In this document: positions 51,886 to 63,560 of the stretch, one piece after another | Numbering within the stretch: the first letter of the stretch is position 1 | Layout: each line of letters begins with the position of its first letter | Assembly: GCA_038087875.1 (NCBI GenBank) | Contig: CM075988.1 | Span: 8,620,001-8,684,000 of the forward strand | From: Malacoraja senta | Taxonomy: Eukaryota | Direction: 5' to 3' | Length of the DNA: 64,000 bases | The notes under the pieces: model-generated | Told to the model about the DNA's origin: nothing | What the model saw: the letters and a program-made list of their open reading frames with translations, nothing else | Database searches by the model: none | Position numbers and translations under genes: made by a program

Positions 51886-52565
51886 TGTATGTATTAGATA
51901 TATATATATTATATAGACCTATAATGGGTCTGTAAACCAAGTACTCAAAAGATAACATAATAATAACAGAAGAAAGGTTCAATAAATTATAAAGTAATAT
52001 TAGTGCAAAACAAAACAAATTCCCTAAGTCCCTAGTGCAACAAAGATTGTTTGTATTTCAGACTATTGGCATTTGTAGTGTTCAATAGCCTGTAGTGTTC
52101 AATAACGCTAGATGGGAAGAAGCTGTTCCTGAACCTGGGAGGTCACGTTTTTCAGAATTGTATTTCTTCTTTCGCAATGAAATGAGAGAGTCGACAGGGT
52201 GGTTTGGGTTGTTGATGATGCTGGCTGCCTTTTTGAGACAGCGCCTCCTACAGATGGCAGGGCCGTCAGTGCCTGCGGTGGACACTTTTTATAATCTCCT
52301 TTGCTCCTGGGCGTTCGAGTGGTCAAAACAGGCGGTAATGCAACCAGTCATTATGCTCTCTACTGTACAGCTATAGAAGTTGAAGTGAATATTCATCGAC
52401 ATACCAAATCTCCTCAATCTTCTAAGGAAGTAGAGGCATTGATTGGGCTTTCTTTATGAATGCATCAATGTGCTGGGTCCAGGACAGATCTTCATAGATA
52501 TGCACGCCCAGGAACTTGAAGTTGGTGACTCACTCCATCACTGACCTGTCGATGAAGACAGGTTT

Positions 52566-53300
52566 TGTAGGAAGGAACTGCAGATGCTGGTTTAAACCAA
52601 AGATAGACACAAAAAGTTGGAGTAACTCAGCGGGACAGGCAGCATCTCTGGATAAAAGGAATGGGTGACGTTTCGGGTCGAGACCCTTCTTCAGACTGGT
52701 TAGGGATAAGGGAAATGAGGCATATAGACCACTGGGCTGTAAGCTGACCAAGCGAAATATGAGAAGCTGTTCCTCCAATTTGCGTTTAGCCTCACCCTGG
52801 CAATGGAGGAGACCTAGGACAGAAAGGTCTGTGTGGGAATGGGAAGGAGAATTAACATGTTTAACAACCGGGAGCTCAGGTAATTTTAGGCGGGCTGAGC
52901 GAAGGTGTTCAGATAAACGATTGCCCAGACTATGTTTGGTCTCGCCGATGGATAAGAGCCCACATCTTGAACAATGGATACAATAGATGAGGTTGGAGGA
53001 GGTGCTACTGAACCTCTGCCTAACCTGAAAGGACTGTAGGGATCCCTGAACAGGGTCGAGGGAGGAGGTATAGGGACAGGTGTTGCATCTTCTGTGTTTG
53101 CAGGGGAAGGTACCTGGGGAGGGGGCGGTTTGGGTGGGAAGGGATGAGTTAACAAGGGAGTTGCGGAGGGTACGGTCTCTGCGGAAGGCGGAAAGGGGTG
53201 GAGATGGGAAAATGTGGCTAGTGGTGGGATCACATTGGAGGTGGCGGAAATTTCAGAGGATTATGTGTTGTGTGCGACGGCTGACGGGGTGGAAGGTTGG
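52566..53300 (-). mobile_element. Penelope 3' fragment (GIY-YIG plus pLTR)
   Basis: ORF 52530..52778 begins EEQLLIFRLVSLQPSG; homologous to 59301-60270. Confidence 0.85.
52665..52696 (-). ncRNA. Minimal type-I hammerhead ribozyme motif in pLTR
   Basis: Minus strand: guCUGAAGAaGGGUCucGACCCGAAACGUCac. Confidence 0.65.
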
Positions 53301-53774
53301 TTCGTGGATGCTCAGCCCTTCTAAAGTCAACAATCGGCTCATTGTTGGTCTTACTAATGTTGAGAAAAAGGTTGTTGTTCTGGCACCATTCAATCAGGCA
53401 ATCGATCTCCCTCCTACCCTCATTATCCATAATTCATCCAACAACGTAGAACACATTGAGCTCGTCCAGGAGTGAAGCCAAACTGATGGGTGAGCTATCA
53501 CTTGAGTTTGCTTTGTAAGAAGTAATGGATTTCCCAAAGTGAGGGCAAGGGATGAAATGATAGACATCTGTGATGGTGGAGCAACAATGCTCAGGGGTCT
53601 TTGATCCTCTGGTGCTACATTGACTCAAATGTGAAAGTCAGAGGTATGATTTGTAAGTTTGAATTTGACAAGTAAATTGCTGGTGTTGTTAATAGGGAGG
53701 AGGGTAGTCAGCCTACATAATGATATGTGCACACAGGCCCTGTTTGAACATGTGGGGTATATGTTTCTCAGATT

Positions 53775-54580
53775 AAGTTTAGTTTAGTTTAGAGATATAG
53801 CATGGAAGCAGGCCTTTCGGCCCACTGAGTCCACACCGACCATCAATCACCCATTCGCATTAGTTCTATGTTTTCTCACTTTCACATCCACTCCCCACAC
53901 ACTCATGCTAATTAATCTATAAACCCGCACACGTTTAGGATGTGGGAGGAAACCTGATCGTCCAGAGGAAACCCACATTGGTACGGCTTGGTTCGGCAAC
54001 TTGAGCGTCCAGGAGTGGAAAAGGCTGGAAAAAGTTGTAAACACTGCCAGGTCCATCATCGGCTCTGACCTCACTACCATCGAGGGGATCTATTGCAGTC
54101 GTTGCCTCAAAAAGGCTGGCAGCATCATCAAGGACCCACACCATCCTGGCCACACACACATCTCACCGCTGCCATCAGGTAGAAGGTACAGGAGCCTGAA
54201 ATCTGCAACATCCAGGCTCAGGAACAGCTACTTCCCCACAGCCATCAGATTATTAAACACAACTTCAAACAAACTCTGAACTATAACAGCTATTGTACTT
54301 TATCTGTTTGTTTATTTATGTGTGTATATATATATATATTCTAAGGTATATGGACACACTGATCTGATCTGTATTTATGCCTAAAATATTCTGTTATGCT
54401 GCAGCAAGCAAGAATTTCATTGTCCTATCTGGGACACATGACAATAAACTCTCTTGACTTGACTTGACATGGTCACAGGTAGAACGTGCAAACTCCAAAC
54501 AGACAGCACCCGATGTCAGGATCGAACCCAGCTCACTGGAATGGTGAGGCAGCAGCTCTACCAGCTGCAGCACTGTGGCA
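53775..54580 (-). mobile_element. HE1-like SINE interrupted by Rex1
   Basis: SINE halves 53775-53978 and 54467-54580. Confidence 0.75.
53979..54466 (+). mobile_element. Rex1/Babar LINE 3' end
   Basis: ORF 54001..54279 (SRCLKKAGSIIKDPHHPGH..LPSGRRYRS); (CTTGA)n tail. Confidence 0.9.
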
Positions 54581-54719
54581 ACCTTACTGACTGGAAAGAA
54601 AATCTTGACCCTCTCTACATACCTGGCCCAGCCCATCCTTCTCTGCAGCTTGGTGATCCTACCCAGTGTCACCACCCCTACACCCAAACAGATGTGTCAT
54701 AGATGCACAGCGTAATAGG

Positions 54720-54880
54720 GTCATACAACATGGAAACAGTTCTTTTGGCCAAACTTGCCCATGCTGACCAAGAAGACCCATCGACATAAGTCCCAGCTGC
54801 CTGGGTTTGGCCCATATCCGTCTAAAATTTTCCTATCCATGTACCTGTCCAAAGCTCTTTTAAATGTTGTTATCGTACAT
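54720..54880 (-). mobile_element. CR1 3' end
   Basis: TTFKRALDRYMDRKILDGYGPN in ORF 54721..55350. Confidence 0.8.
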
Positions 54881-55279
54881 GTTGTGTGATGAACCACCAA
54901 GCACTCTGTTTGGGGACTTGCCCCTTTAGCACTCTGCAGCCCATATTTTACTTCCCTTGAAGAGCACACGGAAGAAACCTGCTTAATTCCAGGTCCGGGC
55001 ACTGGCGGGTGCAGAGGGTTGGGGTGGAATGGTGGTGTGGAGTGCAGCGGGATCGATGACGAGTGCATGCATATTGCTGATGTATCACTTGTACACGTGC
55101 ACAGACACCACATGCACAGGAAACAGACGCACACAAAGCCATGCACACATAAGCCAGATAAACATGTACACGGCATCAATATAATCAAATCATGCACAGA
55201 ATCCACATGTACATAGTGATTCCACATGCATATAGCGAATCCAAATGCATGTGCATAACACAGACTGCTTCCAGTTGCA

Positions 55280-55520
55280 GATAGAAACATAGAAACATAG
55301 AAAATAGGTGCAGGAGTAGGCCATTTGGCCCTTCGAGCCTGCACCGCCATTCAATATGATCATGGCTGATCATCCAACTCAGTATCCCGTACCTGCCTTC
55401 TCTCCATACCCCCTGATCCCTTTAGCCACAAGGGCCACATCTAACTCCCTCTTAAATATAGCCAATGAACTGGCCTCAACTACCCTCTGTGGCAGAGAGT
55501 TCCAGAGATTCACCACTCTC
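55280..55520 (-). mobile_element. Young CR1 3' end
   Basis: (ATAGAAAC)n tail; close match to 29688-29840. Confidence 0.9.
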
Positions 55521-56325
55521 TAAAGGGAATGTAAAGGGAAACTTGTACCTAAGTGTATATTAGCTCTGGAATGCTCCAATTTAGTCTTCAGTCTGTTCAA
55601 AAAGGAAAGATCTGCACTGCTCAGGTATAATCTGCGACTTCAAGTGAGTTGAAAGATGATGATGATGATGATGACACGTAATTGTCACTTGTTCCCAGCT
55701 AGGTACAGTGACATTCTTTGTTTTTGCATAAAAAGTACACAAAAGAGTCACCACCAAGGCATCGGCAAAGTTACAAAAAATACGCATCCCCTCTTCGTTC
55801 CCCCCATCCAGTCCCCATATATTCACAGGGGCCTTGTTTTGGTGAGGTCCTGGGGGATATCTGGTTATAGAAAGCCGAGTTTATTCAGCGAGAAATGTTC
55901 AAATCATCCTAACTCAGAGTGTGACTTTTTTATTTGTTCCTGAAAGCTGCAGAGAGAGCTGGGAGTTTGTGGCATTCATCCAATTGAGGGTACTGGGTTT
56001 CAGAGACAGCACGGAGACCCAAACTGGTAACCATCTGGTGGAGGTGCCTGCCCCTCTCTGCCTCGAACTGGGCTATGGGCCTTTTTATGTCTCTCCAAAG
56101 GGTTCTTGTGTCCCTGGGCTGGGCAGATGGGGCTGTGGATTTTTCCATAAACACTGCTGTCAGTGTGACACGCTGTGTGAGACTGGCACTGTGACTTTTA
56201 ACTGATGGCACCTAGTGGCTGGGTTGAGAATTCTGAAAATGACTGCCGAGTATTTTAATTAGATCGTACATCCTTTACCAAGTCAATAGGAAGAATTTCA
56301 CAGGGGAGGGAATGCTGGAGACCAG

Positions 56326-56622
56326 GACTTTAGACTTTAGAGATACAGTGCGGAAACAGGCCCTTAAGTCCATGCCGACCAATGGTCACTCCGTACACTA
56401 GCACTATCCTACACACTAGGGACAATTTACAATTTCACCAAACGCAATTAACCTACAAGCCTGTACGTCTTTGGCGTGTGGGAGGAAACCGGAGCACCCG
56501 GAGAAAACCCACATGATCACAGTGTAAACGTACAAACTCCGTACAGACAGCACCCGTAGTCAGGATCGAACCCGGGTCTCTGGCGCTATAAGGCAGCAAC
56601 TCTACCGCTGCGCCACTGTGCC
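56326..56622 (-). mobile_element. HE1-like V-SINE, young
   Basis: Intact A-box (tggcgcagcgg) and B-box (ggttcgatcc) on the minus strand. Confidence 0.9.
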
Positions 56623-56746
56623 GGAGGGTTTTGTTTCACTGGAGATCACTACTCACCCTTAATGGCTTCATAGTAAGTGGAGAAAGTAGGGGGAAAAGTG
56701 TTATTGTGAAAGCAGCATAATTTTGGTCTCATTTGCATCTCGTTAA

Positions 56747-57025
56747 GGGCAGCATGTCATGCAGCGATAGAGCTGCTGCCTCACAGCGCCAGAGAGCCAG
56801 GTTTGATCCTGACTACAGGTGCTGCCTGTACGGAGTTTGTACATTGTCCCTGTGACCATGTGGATTTTCTCCAGTTTCCTCCCACATTCCAAAGACATGC
56901 AGGTTTGTAGGTTAATTGGCTTCCGAAAATGTCCCCAGTGTGTAGGATAGTGCTAGTGTATGGAGTGATCGCTGGTCGGCGTGCACTCGCTGGGCCCTAG
57001 GGCCTGTTTCCACACTCTATCTCTC
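56747..57025 (+). mobile_element. HE1-like V-SINE
   Basis: gggcagca head, ggtttgatcc, CR1-type tail. Confidence 0.85.
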
Positions 57026-57264
57026 AGAACCTATGTCTTCCACGCTCAAAGAACATCAGTGAATGTTCAAATTTCACTCGTCCTATGGAAACAGACTCAA
57101 GATCACTCATGCAGTCGGGGGTTTAATGATCCTTGAGAAATATTTCCAACGTTAGTCCTTCTCCCTCTGTGACTCCCTTTCTTTTTTTAATCTCTTTCTT
57201 CTTTTGTATGCACTATCCTTGGCTTGTTGAAACAAGGAACTATAGATGCTGGTTTACACAAAAG

Positions 57265-57645
57265 GACACACATGCTGGAGTTGGGCACAAAGTGCTGGGT
57301 AACTAAGTGGGTCAGTAACTAAGTGCTTTAGTATATGAGCAGGGCACAAAGAACTGGAGTAACTCAGAATGACAATAAGTGCTCGGGTAACTCATTGTGA
57401 CACAAAGGGCTGGAGTAACTCAGTCTGACTTAAAGTGCTGGGGTAACTCAGTGGTGCACAAGGTGCTGGAGTAACAGTGTAACACAGTGCTGTAGAAACT
57501 GTGACACAGAGTGCTGGGGTAACTCAGTGGTGCACAGAGTGCTGGAGTAACGTAGTGATGTTTCAGGTCAGCGTCACTCCAGACCTGAAACACTCTGAGT
57601 GCTGGAGTGACGCAGTGTGATACAGAGTGCTGGAGTGACGCAGAC
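57265..57645 (+). repeat. ~28-bp minisatellite derived from the pLTR
   Basis: About a dozen degenerate units of (g)acacaaagtgctggagtaactcagtgt, inside pLTR arms 57232-57720. Confidence 0.8.
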
Positions 57646-57879
57646 CTAAAACATCACTAATCTACACACTCCAGAGATGCTACCTGACCCGCTGAGCTAC
57701 TCCAGCATTCTGTATCTTTGGCTCATTTACATTTCTCCTCTCCTCTCCCAAGACCACGCCACATTTTTTCTCTGATCTTCACTCTGGCAGTGAGGGTAGG
57801 GACACTTTGCTCCATTCCTTGGTCATGGTGACATCGTGCCTAGGACCCTCTACCTACTAAGTTTACAATAAAGGACAAT

Positions 57880-58122
57880 AAGCCAACAAACAGCTAATAA
57901 TGGCCTGTTTCCTTTATCATCGTCACTTTTTTGCATATCTTTCATTCATTGTTCTTTCTCTATATCATCGTCTATATCTCTCGTTTCCCTTTCCCCTGAC
58001 TAGTCTGAAGAAGGGTTTCCCATTCCTTCTCTCCAGAGATGCTGCCTGTCCCGCTGAGTTACTGCAGCTTTTCGTGTCTATCTTCAGTTTAAAGCAGCAT
58101 CTACAGTTCCTTCCTACACATT
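57880..58122 (+). mobile_element. Penelope pLTR
   Basis: ccctgactagtctgaagaaggg..ccagagatgctgcctgtcccgctgag. Confidence 0.75.
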
Positions 58123-58334
58123 CCGCCACAAAGAGCGATCAGGCAGAAAGAGACAGGAAACAGGCTTAGTGTCTGATCCAGGATTTGATGCAAAACCTCA
58201 TCAATTATGTATACATCTTAGAGAATTCATGTCTGCTTCCTCAATTTTACTGTCAAAATGCACCAGCTCCCTTTCCAAATGAACAACACAGCATAATATG
58301 ATTTGGAACAGATAATGTGTGAGATTGCAACCAC

Positions 58335-58672
58335 ATTAGAGCAGGAGCTGAAAGAGACACTGAATTAAACACAGCACTGTATATCTGACAGCACTGACCG
58401 CATGAGGTGGAGAGGTACCCTGAACCAACATGTCAAAACGGGGGAAGAGAAACCGTTGAAAGCAGCGGCAGACAAGCGGGCACACAGAAAGGAGCGCAGC
58501 AACTTCAACAAACCAGAGACCACACACAAATGTGACCTTTGCCACAGAGAGAGTCATTCCCGCATTGGTCTCTTCAGCCACAAGCGACGGTGCTCCAGCC
58601 GAGATTTGGAGCAAGCAGCCAACAACTAGGATGCATCACCCATGATCAGTCATGACCGAGGGGGGCCTACGA
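58335..58672 (+). mobile_element. RTE LINE 3' end
   Basis: ORF 58402..58629 (KRAHRKER..HKCDLCHRESHSRIGLFSHKRRC), the RTE C-terminal zinc-finger-like tail. Confidence 0.85.
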
Positions 58673-59300
58673 AAATATGTATACCTAGGATTGAAAACTT
58701 TTGATTCTGACATTTTTTAATAAATGATCCATTCTTTGCCCAAAGTGTAGAAAGTTTACAGTTGGCAATTTTATTTTTGGATGTAATATAATCTGGTGTT
58801 AATGCACCACGCTCCATCTTCTTCTCAACGTCTATTTAACAAGTGGGATCTGATTTCTGATCTCCTTCCCTTGTAACAAAATGTCTTATAGTTTTTGATC
58901 AGATGCAGTGATTCTACATGATTACCATCGTCTGAAGTGGAGATGAAGCAGAACAAGGTTGGCATATCAGGCCTCAGTTCCCTGCTTGAAGACTGTGCAG
59001 AATCAATTCAGATTTCTCAGCCTGCAGTTTTAAATGACCGCTGCTGGAAAATGTACAGTTATGAATACATTCCATGAGCAGATTGGGCTGCTGTCATTTC
59101 CCTGCCCCCTCAACCCTACTCCATTGACAAACCAATTCCAACCTCCATGTGCAAGGGCCATTAAATAAAATTACCGAGTAATGCCATGAAGAAAAACAGC
59201 AAGCAAGACAGAAAGAAATATGACACACTCCAAGATTTTTTTTTGTTTGCAGTAGCTTAGTTTACAGATACATATGGAAATAGGTCCTTTGGTCCACCAA

Positions 59301-60433
59301 AGGTAGACACAAAATGCTGGAGTGACTCAGCGGGACAGGCAGCATCTCTGGAGAGAAGGAATGGGTGACGTTTCGGGTTGAGACCCTTCTTCAGACTGAT
59401 ATCAGGGGAGTGGGCGGGACAGAGATAGAAAGTGGTCAGAGACAGTAAGACTGGTGGGAGAACTGGGAATGGGGAGGGGATAGAGAGGGAAAGCAAAGCT
59501 ATTTGAAGTTAGAGAAGTTAATGTTCATTCGGCTGGGGTGTAAACTACACAAGCGAAATACGAGGTGCTGTTCCTTCAATTCGCACTGGACCTCACTCTG
59601 ACAAAGGAGGGGGCCCAGGACAGAAAGGTCAGATTGGGAATGGGAGGGGGAGTTGAAGTGCTGAGCAACGGGGAGATCAGGTAAGTTAAGACGGACTGAG
59701 CGGAGGTGTTCCACAAAACGATCGCCGAGCCTGCGCTTGGTCTCGCCGATGAAGAGAAGTTGATACCTGGAACAGTGGATTCAGTAGACAAGGTTGAAGG
59801 AGATGCAGGTGAACCTCTGCTTCACCTGGGAAACTGTTAGGTTCCTTGGATGCAGTCGAGGGGGGAGGTAAAGGGACAGGTGTTTCGTCTCCTGCAGTTG
59901 CAGGGGATAGTACCGGGGGAGGGGATGGTTTGGGTGGGAAGGGACGAGTTGACCAGGGAGTTTCGGAGGGAACGGTCTCTGCGGAAAGCAGAAAGGGGTG
60001 GAGATATGAAGATGTGGCCAGTAGTGGGATCACATTGGAGGTGGCGAAAATGTTGGAGGATGTATGCGACGGCTCATGGGGTGGAAGGTGGGGATAAGGG
60101 AGACTCTGTCCTTGTTACGAATGGGGTTAGGGGGAGCAAGAGCGGAGGTGCGGGATATCGAGGAGACCCTAGTGAGAGCCTCATGTATAATGGAAGAGGG
60201 AAACTCCCGCGTCCTAAAGAATGAGGACATCTCCGATGCCCTGGTATGGAAAACCTCATCCTGGGCGCAGATCTAGACTACACTTCTTCCCATCCTGCTT
60301 CCTGTAAAGACTCTAGCCCCTACTCCCAATTCCAGGATGAGGTCACCCATTCCTTCTATTCAGAGATGCTGCCTGAGTTACTCCAGCATTTTGTGTCTTT
60401 GATTTAAACCAGCATCTGCAATTCTTTCTTACA
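59301..60433 (-). mobile_element. Penelope insertion with 15-bp TSD and 5' inversion, inside a SINE
   Basis: ORF 59499..59714 (EHLRSV..LPVAQHFNSPSHS) is the GIY-YIG C-terminus. TSD CCTTTGGTCCACCAA at 59286-59300 and 60434-60448. Confidence 0.9.
59365..59396 (-). ncRNA. Minimal type-I hammerhead ribozyme motif in pLTR
   Basis: Minus strand: guCUGAAGAaGGGUcucaACCCGAAACGUCac. Confidence 0.6.
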
Positions 60434-60712
60434 CCTTTGGTCCACCAAGTCCACACCAACCACCAATCACCAGTTCACACTAGTTCTATGTTATCCCAGT
60501 TTCTCATCCACTCCCTGCACACTAGGGGCAATTTACAGAGGCCAATTAATGGTCAAACATCTTCAGGATTCAGGAGGAAACCAGGGCACCCACAGGAAAC
60601 CCATGTGGTCATGAGAAGAACTCCATACAGACAGCACCCGAGATCAGAATCGAACCCAGGACTGGCACTGTGAGGCAGCAGCTCAACCACCTTGCGCCAC
60701 TGTACCACCCAG
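60434..60712 (-). mobile_element. HE1-like V-SINE (tail continues at 59257-59300)
   Basis: Reverse complement of the SINE consensus. Confidence 0.8.
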
Positions 60713-60754
60713 TTTCATTCAGTATTAATAGTTGAGGAACATGTAGGAATTAAC

Positions 60755-60935
60755 TTATTTGAAATGGGACCTAGGATCTTTTCCATCCATCTGAGAGGAT
60801 AGACTGACCTGCAGAATTATATCTAATTTGTAATGCAGCATCTCAGGCAATGCTGTATATTTTCTGCACTGCACAAGAATCTCAGACTAAATGTTTTGTT
60901 CAAATCTAGGTTCCCACAACCATCTGACTCAAAGA
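60755..60935 (-). mobile_element. DeuSINE-like relic
   Basis: ggatcttttccatccatctgagagg..gcagcatctc..ctgcactg..cccacaaccatctgactca. Confidence 0.5.
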
Positions 60936-61389
60936 TTCTGAAGAAGGGTCCCGAAGCGAAACGTCACCTATCCATGTTCTCCAGAGATGCTGCCTGACCC
61001 GCTGAATTGCTCCAGCAATTTGTGTCTCTTTTTTTGTAAGACAGCATCTGTAATTCCTTATTTCTGCATGAAGTTAGTTATGGTTAATCTTTAATCTCAA
61101 TTTGCATGAGGTAGGAAATACTCCTGAAAAAGGGTCCTGCCCTGAAATGTTGTCTGACAATTTCCCTCCACAAATGCCGCCTGACCCACTAAGTTCCTGC
61201 AACAGTTTGGTTTCTTTTAATTCACTGGATATATTTGTTTCTTCATGCCATAAGGTCATATGGTCATAAGGAATAGCCTTTCACTACTCTGTATGTTTCA
61301 ATATTCTTCATTCTTCTAAACTCCAGCGAGTTTGCTGCTCACTTCCTGCTGGGACCTAATCAGTGATTTATAAATGTTTCACACAACTT

Positions 61390-61495
61390 TGTATGTGTAT
61401 GTCTGTATATGTGTCTGAGTGTATGTTTCTGAGTGTCACTGTCTTGTGTCTGAGTGTCTGAGTGTCTGTGTCTGAGTGTCTGTGTGCGTATGTGT
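61390..61495. repeat. (GTGTCTGA)n / (GT)n-type microsatellite
   Basis: Seen directly. Confidence 0.85.
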
Positions 61496-62076
61496 AATTC
61501 TGTTCACAAGAAAGCAAATATTAGCAAATAAAAACGTTTAAATAAACACTCCACTGCTTTCTGGAGAAGAGTTTCACATTTTCTGTGTCAAAATATATCA
61601 TTCCCACACTCTGCTTCCTATGCCCTGGTCAATTTCTCATCTGCTCCTCCAACGCCACAGTCGTCAATTTTACTGACAATTCTATTATGTGGTACTTCAG
61701 TAAACACCATTGAAAATCCATATGCATAATATCAAGTGTGCTACTCTTCAAATTGTTCTGCTACTCTGTCAAAGAACTCAGTCAAACACAATTTGCCTTT
61801 CACAAATGTTCTGCTGGCTTTTATCTTTAATCCATATTTTTCCAAGCACCACCGGTCATTTCCCCCCCAAGATTACAATCTCCAAGAGCTTCTCCACCCT
61901 GACCTGACCTGTACTTGCTGCTGTCCTTCAGTATGTCGGCTGAACTTGAAGAGGTTGTTGCAACAGATCCTTTCACCTTTACAGGTTGTATCCCCTTTCA
62001 ACACTCTGTAAAAATCTCTCGTCCCCACATTGGCTTCATCAACAACCTCACAACCCGCAAAACCGGAGTGCAAGCA

Positions 62077-62372
62077 GGGCGGTACGGAGGCGCAGTGGTA
62101 GAATTGCTGCCTTACAGTGAATGCAGCGCCGGAGACCCGGGTTCGATCCGTACGGAGTTTGTACGTTCTTCTCGTGACCTGCATGGGTTTTCTCTGAGAT
62201 CTTCAGTTTCCTACTCCAAAGACATACAGGTATGTAGGTTAATTGGCTTGGTAAATTTAAAAATTGTCCCTAGTGGGTATAGGATAGTGTTAATGTGTGG
62301 GGATCGCTGGTCTGCACGGACCCGGTGGGCCGAAAGGGCCTGTTTCCGCGCTGTATCTCTAAACTAACCTAA
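62077..62372 (+). mobile_element. HE1-like V-SINE
   Basis: gggcggtacggaggcgcagtggtaga head, GGTTCGATCC, (CTAAA) tail. Confidence 0.9.
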
Positions 62373-62404
62373 ATTCCTAGGCACCTGGAGGAATCTCACA
62401 CGGA

Positions 62405-62584
62405 CACCTGGATGGCGTAGGTTGTCACTGGTACTGACTTCGGTAAATTCCATTGTCGTAGTCGGCGGCAGTCGCCTAAAAAATCGCCTAAGTGGCACAG
62501 GCCCATTAGTCCAGTCGCCGTTTTTTCGGCGACCTGCTACAACTATGACAGTCGCCTAAAAAATCGCCTAGTGGGACAGGCCCT
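62405..62584 (-). mobile_element. Second, truncated copy of the double-TIR Harbinger-type MITE
   Basis: Reverse complement of 17961-~18135, including both left TIRs; flank TTA. Confidence 0.85.
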
Positions 62585-62662
62585 TTACCCTCACCTTACA
62601 TTAACAAATGCGTGAAGTATTATTTTTATTTATAGACAAAAAGACACAAAGTGCTGGAGTAA

Positions 62663-63215
62663 AACCCCTGTCTCACGGTGCGAGCTGTCCCACGAGGTAC
62701 CCCGAGTTTAAACAAATTTAACTCGTGGTAATCACGTACGATTAACGTAGCGGGAACGTCGGAACTCGTGGACGCAACTTAGCGACTCTTGGCGCTAACA
62801 GCAGGTACCCGTGACACTTGTTAACTCTTGGAAAAATTCAAACATGTTTAAACTTTTACACGAGTAAAATGTACTCTTGAGGTTAAAATTTGAAACATTT
62901 CAACACGTTGTAAGAACGCATTGGCCCGTGCGTTTACCTTAGTGACTCGTGAGTCTACCGTGGGAACTCTTTAACTCAGCGGGCAGGCAGCATCTCTGGA
63001 TAGAAGGAATGGGTGACGGGATGACGTTTCCAAATTTCTGCTGTGTCTTTGTGTTACTCCAGCACCGTGTGTTCACTTTTTGTCAACCAGCATCTGCCCT
63101 TTCTCGTGTATGACATTATTTGTATCCGTGGCAGTTGATTGTCGCTCCCTTCAGTATCCCAGAGGGTCGGGACGGGACTGGAGTTGGGAGGGAAAGGTGT
63201 GGGGGGGGGGGGAGG
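62663..63215 (+). mobile_element. Truncated copy (one arm) of the foldback element
   Basis: TAA|AACCCCTGTCTCACGGTGCGAG..., colinear with 32887-33415. Confidence 0.85.
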
Positions 63216-63424
63216 AGGGGGGGGTTGGGGTGACTTAATACGGGAGACAAGTGTACTGACTGCGTGGGCAGACACTTTGGTAGTGATTGCCCATGGGGTT
63301 CACTGTCAAGGACTTCATAATGCAGGAAGCATTATAAACAGTGGAGCGATTAACCCTGGAAAGGGGGGAGACTTCTCTCTGAGTTGGACCCATTTGCAGG
63401 AATTTTCTTGAGGTTATTAACGAC

Positions 63425-63560
63425 AGATAAATGGATGGGAAGGGTTTAGAGGGCTATGGGCCACATGCAGGCAAATAGGACTACCCCAAGACGCCAAATT
63501 GGACGGCATGGCCTATCTGGGCCGAAGGACCTGTTTCCGTGTTGTACAGCACCATGACTA
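63425..63560 (+). mobile_element. CR1 3' end
   Basis: gggtttagagggctatgggcc..ggccgaaggacctgtttcc. Confidence 0.75.

Larger units (their letters stand above)
51920..53520 (-). mobile_element. Rex1/Babar LINE fragment, interrupted by Penelope
   Basis: ORFs 52082..52285 (RRRCLKKAASII) and 53230..53430 (LIEWCQNNNLFLNISKT..IVDFRR). Confidence 0.8.

Noticed and set aside
54721..55350. 209-aa ORF
   Set aside because: Chance read-through of two CR1 ends and a low-complexity CA-rich tract.
57265..57645. CRISPR-like repeat array
   Set aside because: Units are degenerate, the gaps are only a few bases, the sequence derives from the pLTR, there are no cas genes, and the context is eukaryotic.
62077..62150. 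tRNA genes at SINE heads
   Set aside because: A and B boxes run into SINE bodies and there is no complete cloverleaf.
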